Part shown: positions 10,829-18,519 of the stretch, one piece after another
How the letters are laid out: each line of letters opens with the position of its first letter
Position numbering within the stretch: the first letter of the stretch is position 1
Source: Deltaproteobacteria bacterium tcs-42
GTDB lineage: Bacteria; Desulfobacterota; Desulfuromonadia; Desulfuromonadales; Geopsychrobacteraceae
Length of the DNA: 64,000 nt
Assembly: GCA_002049545.1 (NCBI GenBank)
Contig: LLYT01000001.1
Coordinates: 5,605-69,604, forward strand
Reading direction: 5' to 3'
Notes under the pieces: model-generated
Told to the model about the DNA's origin: nothing
Seen by the model: only the letters and a program-made list of their open reading frames with translations
Database searches by the model: none
Program-made: the position numbers and the translations under genes

Positions 10829-11679
10829 TCGCTGATCCCGCTGATATGAATTTTACTGAGCAGATCGGTAAATATTGTGAAATCATTTTCTGTGACCGGA
10901 GTCGCCCCATGTTTAATCAGGGCTCCCCAGTCTTTGGTCAATTCAGCCGCTTGTTGGTTCTCCAACGGTTTTAACTGAAGTAGATATTTTCTAACGTTGT
11001 CTATTTCAGTCGCATTGAGGGTATGGCGATTGGCAACTAGGACAAAACTAGGTACCGTTTGACTTTCAGCAATCAAATCCAGACCGAGGGGACGAAATTT
11101 TTTGCCAATTGAGGTCTTTATGCCGCAGGCATTGAACCGGCCATCAATAACAGCCAAGGCACAATCGGGGTGTTTACCGATGTATTCGAAGATATTATCC
11201 GTAAGACTTTTCCCCTCTTGGTTGAGCATGTGCTCGGTCATCAAAAAGCCACAGGTGGAGTAGGGGCGGGTCAAAGCAATCTTTTTTTTGCTGAGATCTT
11301 TCATTTGCAAATGATCGCCAGCAAACACACCCACTGAACATGTATAGCCAACGCTGCCATCAGGGTTTAAAAATTGCAGCAAAGGAATAATATCAGGGTC
11401 TTGCTGTGAAATGACCGCGAAAGGTAAGGGGCCGAGAAATGCCAAATCAATTTCGTCTGTTTTCAGCCCTTCTATGACATCTTTGTTATTGTGTCGGTAG
11501 GCGAACTGGACAGATTTCTGAAGAATCTCTTCCAGGTATTTTATGAAGGGATAAAACTCTCGGCGTATATAGTCTTCACTGTGCATGGGTAGCGGAGCAA
11601 AGCGAACCGGTTCCGCAAATATGAGTGAAGGCTGAACAAGGCAGATAAAGATGAAGGGGAGAATAACCCGAAACCACAT
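10825..11679 (-). CDS. PhnD/SsuA-like periplasmic substrate-binding protein
   Basis: Signal peptide; PhnD-like pattern (DEIDLAFLGP, YSTCGFL); overlaps the kinase start. Confidence 0.7.
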   Translation of the reverse strand: MWFRVILPFIFICLVQPSLIFAEPVRFAPLPMHSEDYIRREFYPFIKYLEEILQKSVQFAYRHNNKDVIEGLKTDEIDLAFLGPLPFAVISQQDPDIIPLLQFLNPDGSVGYTCSVGVFAGDHLQMKDLSKKKIALTRPYSTCGFLMTEHMLNQEGKSLTDNIFEYIGKHPDCALAVIDGRFNACGIKTSIGKKFRPLGLDLIAESQTVPSFVLVANRHTLNATEIDNVRKYLLQLKPLENQQAAELTKDWGALIKHGATPVTENDFTIFTDLLSKIHISGISE

Positions 11680-11914
11680 AGAGCGCTCCTGACAAATATT
11701 ATCTACAGAAAACTACGAAGTGCTATTCTTTTATGATTCTAGACCTCATGCAAAACAATTTACGCCATACGAATGTATTTCTATTCCAATATTCACTCAT
11801 AATTTTGAGTGTTTAAGTAGACCATATTTTTCCATTAAGGTCAAAATTGTTTGCCTCAACCCCCTCATCTCATATACGATCTTGTCGCTATAAATCGATT
11901 CGAAAGGACAAACC

Positions 11915-12352
11915 ATGACAAAACTCGATGAAGCCATCAAACTTGGCTTTGAGGACCAGACAAAACAGCCCCTCTTTTACGACCTGTTTCTCAACTCAAT
12001 TTTTTATGTTCCGGTGATTAAAGAGGAGGAAAAAGATAAAAATGAAGAGGGTGAACTTCCTCTGCTGGTTGAAGCGAACGATAAAACCTATCTGATGTTG
12101 TTTGATACCATCAAAAGATTGACCGATTGGGCTGATGAAAAAACCAACTACCTGCCTGTGCAAGGTCATGCGATAACCGAACTCTCTTCATCAAATATCT
12201 ATTGGGCGCTGAACTACGGAACTGAATTACAGAAGTTTTTTGATCCCGATGAAATCAAATGGCTTAAGGTTATCGTGCAGCAGACCAAGGAGGACAGTCA
12301 GAAACAATCAGCAGAAGCCGATCCCGAACAACAACAGTACAAGGAGGAATAG
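11915..12352 (+). CDS. SseB-family protein
   Basis: FYDLFLNSIFYVP ... YLMLFDTIKRL ... WALNYGT pattern; AAGGA RBS. Confidence 0.6.
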   Translation: MTKLDEAIKLGFEDQTKQPLFYDLFLNSIFYVPVIKEEEKDKNEEGELPLLVEANDKTYLMLFDTIKRLTDWADEKTNYLPVQGHAITELSSSNIYWALNYGTELQKFFDPDEIKWLKVIVQQTKEDSQKQSAEADPEQQQYKEE

Positions 12353-12365
12353 GTCTGGAATCGTG

Positions 12366-12878
12366 ATGAAAAAAATCTACCTGGCGGGCCCTGATGTTTT
12401 TGAACCCAACGCCGTTGAAGTGGGTGCACAGTTGAAGCAACTTGCAGCAGAGTATGGCTTTATTGGCCTTTTTCCCCTTGACAATGCTATTTCTGCCAAA
12501 CAAACACCCCATGAAACCGCCAGAGCGATCCGTGATGCCAATATCAAACTGATAGAATCAGCAGATATCATCATGGCCAACCTGAACCCGTTTCGTGGTG
12601 TGGAACCAGACTCTGGAACTGTTTTTGAGGTTGGCTTCGCGACAGCACTGAAAAAACATGTTTACTGCTATGCGGCGGATTGTCGTGAAATGATCGAAAG
12701 AATACGCGACAAACAACAATTGTCTGCCGCTGCAACATGCTGTCAAGATGGAAAACTTATTGAAGATTTCAACCTTTCGCACAATTTGATGATGATCGAT
12801 CTGGTGGTGGCGGTGAATGCTGAATCGTGTTTAGCGTATATCGCAAAGGAGCAGGGTACGGGGAAAAATGAGATTTGA
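12366..12878 (+). CDS. Nucleoside 2-deoxyribosyltransferase family protein
   Basis: KIYLAGPDVF, DSGTVFEVGFA, NLMM motifs; start moved to ATG 12366. Confidence 0.85.
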   Translation: MKKIYLAGPDVFEPNAVEVGAQLKQLAAEYGFIGLFPLDNAISAKQTPHETARAIRDANIKLIESADIIMANLNPFRGVEPDSGTVFEVGFATALKKHVYCYAADCREMIERIRDKQQLSAAATCCQDGKLIEDFNLSHNLMMIDLVVAVNAESCLAYIAKEQGTGKNEI

Positions 12879-13095
12879 CCCGGATCGCCACTCCATCCGC
12901 TTGCGGAATTACATTTATTCTACCCTTGATGCTTTCCCATGGGATGTTTCGGATAACGCCCCTTTATTTCATTTTAACAGGCAGGTTCATGAGTTCAGTT
13001 CAGTGTGAAGTAGCTTGAACTTGCTTCCCAGTTTTTTTTAAAGAATCTTCAAATGTGGTGATCGGTTTTGTCTCTTTTGCCACCTATCTTGCCTT

Positions 13096-13995
13096 TTATG
13101 CTTGCTTAAGTTTAGATTTCAGCGGCCAGCGTGCGATCAAAACGATCAGGCCTGAAAAAATCAACCCTATGCCACTAAGGGCTTGGCCATTAAGCTGCTC
13201 ACCGAGAACGACGATCCCTAACAGCGCCGCAGTCATCGGCTCAGCCAGAGTCAGGGTCACAGTTGTCGATAATTGCACCGTTTTCAGACCACGGACAAAC
13301 AACCAATAGGAAAGTGCCATTGTCGCAATCCCCAAGTGGAGAACCACACCGATTGCCCGAGGTTGCAATAGCCAGTTTATGTCACAATTGAGCAGAAGCG
13401 GGGATAAAATAATCGCTCCGCCACAGACTACCAGTGCCATCACCGCATTTGGTGGGTGTTTCTCCACCAGCCCCTTGATCATCAAGGAGTAGGTTGAGTA
13501 GGATGCCCCCGCGCCTATAGCCAGCACGATACCGACAAAATCAATGCGGATATCACCACCGTTAAAGCTGAGGAACATACAGCCACAAACCGCCAGCACG
13601 GTCGCTGCGTACCAGCGCCTACTCAAGCGCTCTCGGCGAAAGACCCGCCCCAGAATACCACCAAAGACAGGAGCACTGCCGATACCGATGATCGTGCCAA
13701 TGGCAACACCTGTTTTGGCTACGGCAGCAAAGAAGCATAACTGATAGCTGGCGGTAAAAGCTGCAGCCCCCAACAGGAGCGTCCAGTTCCAATCTTTGAA
13801 CGCACCCAGCTCTCGGTTGTATAACGCTAAAATGAGCAAAGCAACGCCTCCGATCAGAAGACGCATTGCGCCGATAACCTTTGGATCAAAACCAAGCGGC
13901 GAAAAAGCCTGCGCCGTGCCGGTCGTTCCCCAGAGCAGGGCTGCTCCAAGGATATACCAGATCCCGGCATAAGAGTGCTGCCTATGCATAATCAA
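13096..13995 (-). CDS. EamA/DMT family transporter
   Basis: About 10 hydrophobic helices, LWGTTG and LAEPMTA motifs; GGGAGG RBS. Confidence 0.85.
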   Translation of the reverse strand: MIMHRQHSYAGIWYILGAALLWGTTGTAQAFSPLGFDPKVIGAMRLLIGGVALLILALYNRELGAFKDWNWTLLLGAAAFTASYQLCFFAAVAKTGVAIGTIIGIGSAPVFGGILGRVFRRERLSRRWYAATVLAVCGCMFLSFNGGDIRIDFVGIVLAIGAGASYSTYSLMIKGLVEKHPPNAVMALVVCGGAIILSPLLLNCDINWLLQPRAIGVVLHLGIATMALSYWLFVRGLKTVQLSTTVTLTLAEPMTAALLGIVVLGEQLNGQALSGIGLIFSGLIVLIARWPLKSKLKQA

Positions 13996-14017
13996 TATTA
14001 CCTCCCATGATGACTAG

Positions 14018-14176
14018 TGTCGTGTCATGCATGTGATGGCAGAAAATTGCGCCGGGATTCTGCGTGTCAACAAGGTGTGGTTTTCGCTGCATAGCCATAG
14101 CTATACAGCGGTAAACGTAACGCAGTTGACGCGTAAAAGAACCAGCAAGTACCGACACTTCATGGGTGACACGACA
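14018..14176. mobile_element. MITE-like 159-bp element with terminal inverted repeats TGTCGTGTCA...TGACACGACA
   Basis: Perfect 10-bp terminal inverted repeats; left 32 bp recur at 17845-17876; no coding capacity; no clear target-site duplication. Confidence 0.5.
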
Positions 14177-14242
14177 CTGGTTTTAATCTGTCATACCAAG
14201 AGGGCGGTGCCCCGATCTTGTACAAAATTGACTTCCTGGGAA

Positions 14243-15073
14243 TTAACTGTTCAATACCTGCTGTTTGTAGTTGCCGGGGGTAACACCGAATTTTTGTTTA
14301 AAGTGTCTTGTCAGGTGACTTTGATCCGTAAAACCTGAAGAGAATGATGCGTCAACCACGCTTACCCCACGCCGCAAGAGACTCCTGGCTTTTTCCAAAC
14401 GGAGTTGGATGAGGTAAGCATGGGGAGTTAAACCGACCGCTTTTTTGAAGAAACGGATCAAATGGTATGAAGTGCAATCAACCTGCCTGGCCAATTCGTC
14501 AAGCCGCATATCATCACCCAGGTGCTGATGAAACAGCTCGATAATTTTGGCTACCCGTTCTTTCTCGTGGCTGACCGGGGTTTCCCGATAGGGAGAAGTT
14601 GCATAGCGGTTTATCAGGAGAGCCAAGGTACTGTAAAGGGATGTTTGCAGCTCCAGTGTGGAATTGGACCGCCGAAGGATCTGCCACAAAGAAAAAAGCT
14701 CCGTAAAAAGTTCCTTGTCGGTATGAAAGTCGGTGCGAATTTCCGTAGAAAAATCCAATCCATCCAGGATATCAGCAGAAATTTTACGCAGTGAAGAATC
14801 ATCCAGATAGAATGTCAGCAGTTGCCGAGAATCTGCTGCAAATGCTGTATTGTTGGAGTGAACTTCTCCCGGCGCAATGATGCCGATTTCTCCAACCGAC
14901 AGGAGACCAGTGTTTCCCTTGTGGGTATAGGCTTCAGCACCGCGAGCACTGAGCCAGATGCAATAGGAATCATGAAAATGGGGCGTAAAATGGTAGCTGG
15001 TGTCAGAACATGATAATAGCTCTAAGCCGTCTATCTTTTCAGGGATGTAATACTGAACCCTAGATTCTTTCAT
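14243..15073 (-). CDS. AraC family transcriptional regulator
   Basis: N-terminal PHFHDSY cupin; C-terminal double HTH (GFTDQSHLTRHFKQKFGVTPG). Confidence 0.92.
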   Translation of the reverse strand: MKESRVQYYIPEKIDGLELLSCSDTSYHFTPHFHDSYCIWLSARGAEAYTHKGNTGLLSVGEIGIIAPGEVHSNNTAFAADSRQLLTFYLDDSSLRKISADILDGLDFSTEIRTDFHTDKELFTELFSLWQILRRSNSTLELQTSLYSTLALLINRYATSPYRETPVSHEKERVAKIIELFHQHLGDDMRLDELARQVDCTSYHLIRFFKKAVGLTPHAYLIQLRLEKARSLLRRGVSVVDASFSSGFTDQSHLTRHFKQKFGVTPGNYKQQVLNS

Positions 15074-15103
15074 GCCACCTCATTTACAATTTGCAATATT
15101 AAC

Positions 15104-15170
15104 TGCATATCCTGGTGAAACTGGCCCATCGATTCTGAGGCAAAGTGGACCACCTGAGCGACGCTGGAGT
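15104..15170 (+). mobile_element. Probable orphan IS21-family terminal repeat
   Basis: TGCATATCCTGGTGAAACTGGCCCATCGATTCTGAGGCAAAGTGGACCACC: TG start and two tandem sub-repeats, resembling IS21-type ends from memory; no transposase follows. Confidence 0.45.
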
Positions 15171-15412
15171 CTTTTTGTAAACTGACTGTCAACTTTGGTC
15201 AAGTATTATGACATTGCGATGGGGACTTGAATTCAGTAAGGTGTATTTGATCAAGATGTCGTTATGATCCCTGCTGAAACGGTTTTAAAAGTCATGGTCT
15301 TCACCAGTGTGATGGGACAGTAAAGCAAACTCGGTAAATGGAATTTCCAATAATTTCTCAGAAGTTGAGTGAAGCAGATATAGTCGACTGAATGATATAA
15401 GGGGGGCAAACA

Positions 15413-16450
15413 ATGGCCAATATCGTTGTCTGTGCAGATGGAACCTGGAATCGTCCGGAAGAGGATATTGAAAAGGATTTTCCGACAAATGTTTTGAGGC
15501 TGGCTCGGGTTATCAAGCCTTCTGCTGATGGAGTCAAGCAGCATGTCTTTTATGACTGGGGATTGGGCTCGTACCATCACACTTTGACTGCCGGAGCAAC
15601 CGGCCGCGGCATACATAAAAATATTTTGGATGGGTATCGTTATATCGTTCAAAACTATGCCCCCGATGACAACATTTATCTGTTTGGTTTCAGCCGCGGC
15701 GCCTATACCGTAAGGGCACTGTGCGGCCTGATCAACAACTGCGGTATTTTGCATCGCCCCGATGCCAATCTTATTTCCGCCGCCTGGAAAATCTATAAAA
15801 GCCCGGCCTCTAAAAACCGGCCGAAGGGGGAAGCGGCTCGTCTTTTTCGTAAAAACCACTGTCATCCTGCCAGAAAAGTACATTTTATCGGGGTCTGGGA
15901 CACCGTCGGTGCTTTGGGAATCCCTTTCAGTCTGATGGGGCTGTTCGAGAATAACGATGAATTTTATGACACAAAAATGGGTTCAAATGTCGCATTTGCC
16001 CGCCATGCATTGGCAATTGATGAGCAACGGGAAGATTTTACCCCAACAATCTGGACACCCAGACCCAACGTGAACCTCAAACAGGTCTGGTTTGCCGGGA
16101 CCCATTCGGATGTCGGCGGATCCTATCCTCCCGACAAAGAAACAGGAGTCAGGGTTTGCGATGCACCGCTGGGATGGATGCTGGATGAAGCGACAACGGC
16201 AGAATTGAAATTCGAACCCCACATAAAAGAATCACTGACGGACGGTAGCCGCGGGAAACTGCACAAATCGCGCAACCATGTATATCGATTGAAGTCTCCC
16301 TTGCACCGACCATTGATTGTTGATGGCCAGCCTACTATGGTTCATGCCAGCGTTAAGGACCGTTACCTGTCTGATAGTGGTTATCGTCCGCCACAATTGA
16401 AAAAGCTGGTTGAGGAGACCGGGTGGGAGAATTTAAATGTGCAGCTGTGA
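15413..16450 (+). CDS. DUF2235 alpha/beta-hydrolase (Tle1-like)
   Basis: VVCADGTWN, FGFSRGAYTVR (GxSxG), FIGVWDTVGALG, WFAGTHSDVGG. Confidence 0.88.
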   Translation: MANIVVCADGTWNRPEEDIEKDFPTNVLRLARVIKPSADGVKQHVFYDWGLGSYHHTLTAGATGRGIHKNILDGYRYIVQNYAPDDNIYLFGFSRGAYTVRALCGLINNCGILHRPDANLISAAWKIYKSPASKNRPKGEAARLFRKNHCHPARKVHFIGVWDTVGALGIPFSLMGLFENNDEFYDTKMGSNVAFARHALAIDEQREDFTPTIWTPRPNVNLKQVWFAGTHSDVGGSYPPDKETGVRVCDAPLGWMLDEATTAELKFEPHIKESLTDGSRGKLHKSRNHVYRLKSPLHRPLIVDGQPTMVHASVKDRYLSDSGYRPPQLKKLVEETGWENLNVQL

Positions 16451-16602
16451 CCTGAAAAAAATCTGTAGGCTTGAGATCCGTATAGTCCGACAGCCTCCTG
16501 GGCGAGCATGTCCAGCTGATGCCTCGTTATTCAGGAGATACTGCTGATCCGCTTGGCGGTATTCGCCGGGTTATGTCGAATAGCAAGTCAATTTCGTGGG
16601 GT

Positions 16603-17556
16603 ATGATTTATATGCTGTACCAGTTCAATAACAAGTTGTCCCGGTTAACCCGACTGTTACTTATTACTCTCACCATCAATTGCTGTTTTACAGCAATCGC
16701 TAGTGGGCAGATGTACAGGTGGGTCGATGAAAATGGACAGCTGAATTTTTCCAATTCACCGCAGGATGTCCCTGCTGAAGTTCGTAATAAAAACAATGAA
16801 TATAAACCAAGTAGTTCAAGTATTACTATAAGTCCTAAAAACAAGGAATCTGCCGCCAGGCAGTCTGACTTGAGTCGCAACAAATCAACCAATCAAAACT
16901 CTATCACCATCCCATACACCGCCAAAGAGGGCTTAGCCAACCGGGTCATTATCGATGTCACTTTCAATGGTCAAGTCACGGTTCCAATGATGGTTGATAC
17001 CGGTTCCCCCGGTTTAGTTATTTCCAACAGACTGGCAGACCAACTTAATCTGTTTGATGAAGAGGGCGGCAGACTCATGGTGGTTATTTCGGGTATTGGC
17101 GGTCAAAAAATTGCGACCAAGACCATTATTGACAAGTTGACTTTAGGTGGAATAACCGAAAAGTTCATTCCAGCCCATATCGTTTCGGGCATGTCGTCGA
17201 ATCACTATCATGGATTGATCGGTATGGATGTCTTGTCAAGCTACACCATCACGATTGATCCGACACAACATAAACTGGTCGCGAATTTGCTGCCATCAGC
17301 GCAAAATTTGCCAGCAGGACGCAGCAGATCATGGTGGATGGCCAACTTCAGGGAGTTTGGTTTTTATACCAACTACTGGAAACAACAAGGGGACCTGATC
17401 GGCAAAAGTGATTCGCCATATGCACGACTTTCCAGCAGTGAAAAAGAAAAGATAAAAAAATTTATTCAGCAGCAGAAAAATATAGCAGAAGAGTTGTTTG
17501 ACAAGTTGGAACGATATGCTCGCTGGAATAGTGTTCCACGGCACTGGCGGCGGTAG
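16603..17556 (+). CDS. Exported DUF4124 + retropepsin-like aspartyl protease protein (start uncertain)
   Basis: Signal peptide, MYRWVDENGQLNFSNSP (DUF4124-like), MMVDTGSP catalytic DTG, GLIGMDVL. Confidence 0.7.
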   Translation: MIYMLYQFNNKLSRLTRLLLITLTINCCFTAIASGQMYRWVDENGQLNFSNSPQDVPAEVRNKNNEYKPSSSSITISPKNKESAARQSDLSRNKSTNQNSITIPYTAKEGLANRVIIDVTFNGQVTVPMMVDTGSPGLVISNRLADQLNLFDEEGGRLMVVISGIGGQKIATKTIIDKLTLGGITEKFIPAHIVSGMSSNHYHGLIGMDVLSSYTITIDPTQHKLVANLLPSAQNLPAGRSRSWWMANFREFGFYTNYWKQQGDLIGKSDSPYARLSSSEKEKIKKFIQQQKNIAEELFDKLERYARWNSVPRHWRR

Positions 17557-17700
17557 AGGGGGAGGGGGACGATTAATCAATCTCGCTGATTTTGCTTTTG
17601 ACTCTAAATCTATGTTTATCTCCTTTGGTTGCTGAATTTCTCCCCATTATTTCAGTGATAGCGTCTATCAGCGTGGCGGGGTTCGCAAAAAGACCGCCTG

Positions 17701-17844
17701 GCAATAATAAAGGCGGCAAAGGCAATTGAAAATCATCTTGCCCGGTTGCAAACTGAACCTGATTCGGGTCGACCGGTGGAAAGTCACATAGACCTGCGTG
17801 AGCTGATCATCTCTTTTGGCAATACCGTCTACGTTGCACTCTAA
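17701..17844 (+). pseudogene. RelE/ParE-type toxin fragment
   Basis: Frame reads ...KAAKAIENHLARLQTEPDSGRPVESHIDLRELIISFGNTVYVAL*, resembling ParE-like toxins; no start codon; ends where the 32-bp repeat begins. Confidence 0.45.
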
Positions 17845-17876
17845 TGTCGTGTCATGCATGAGATGGCGGAAAATTG
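17845..17876 (+). repeat. 32-bp direct repeat of the MITE-like left end (30/32 identical to 14018-14049)
   Basis: TGTCGTGTCATGCATGAGATGGCGGAAAATTG vs TGTCGTGTCATGCATGTGATGGCAGAAAATTG. Confidence 0.9.
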
Positions 17877-18264
17877 AATAACCCGGTTTTTAAACCCCTC
17901 GAATTCGAGGGGTTTAAAAATAAGGCTGGCCTGAATAGCTTTGTTCTTACCCCGACTCAGTGGATTAGAGCAATTGGAGCTACTGGAATCATATCAAGAA
18001 GGGGTCGCTACGGCGGCACTTTTTGCCATGACGGCGAAGCAGTGGCGCGAAGCCCATCCCGAAGACAAAGGGAATATTCGCGACCATGCCAACGCCGCAC
18101 AACTTGTGTGCCTGTCCAATCTGGAAAACCTTAATGCCCATTTTATCGCAGACGGATTGGAACGGAGCGATAGGTTGAAAAAGCTCAACGCTATCGCCAT
18201 CCGGCAGATGGAGCTGTTGAGCATGGATTCCGGCGTGAAATGGCTGGAAAATGATAAGAGCTGA
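17874..18264 (+). pseudogene. KilA-N-domain DNA-binding protein remnant (5'-truncated, internally deleted, frameshifted)
   Basis: Frame 1 NPVFKPLEFEGFKNKAGLNSF...GRYGGTF; frame 2 ALFAMTAKQWREAHP...QLVCLSNLENLNA; both resemble parts of one KilA-N family. Confidence 0.65.
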
Positions 18265-18519
18265 TGTTTATGTCGTCGTTCAAGGCATAATCCGTCCGCA
18301 GCAGCTTTGATTTTTAACTCATAATTCAGCATTCATAACTCATAATTGCTCTTTGCCCTTTTCTTTCCCGCTGAAATGGCCTACATTATATGCGTTTTTA
18401 TATGATTTGCTTGGAGGGTTGAAATGTGTATTTGCGAGGGGACAATTGAAGCACTTGAGAATCGTCTGTGCCGGACTATACTGGTGTAGGCGGTTTTTCT
18501 TTTTCAGGAGGGAGATCTT

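Noticed and set aside
12946-12975. pdif-like site (GTTTCGGATAA-CGCCCC-TTTATTTCATT)
   Set aside because: XerD arm matches poorly or needs a 7-bp spacer; chance similarity is likely.
15251-15883. 210-aa minus-strand ORF
   Set aside because: Antisense shadow of the DUF2235 gene with no recognisable motifs.
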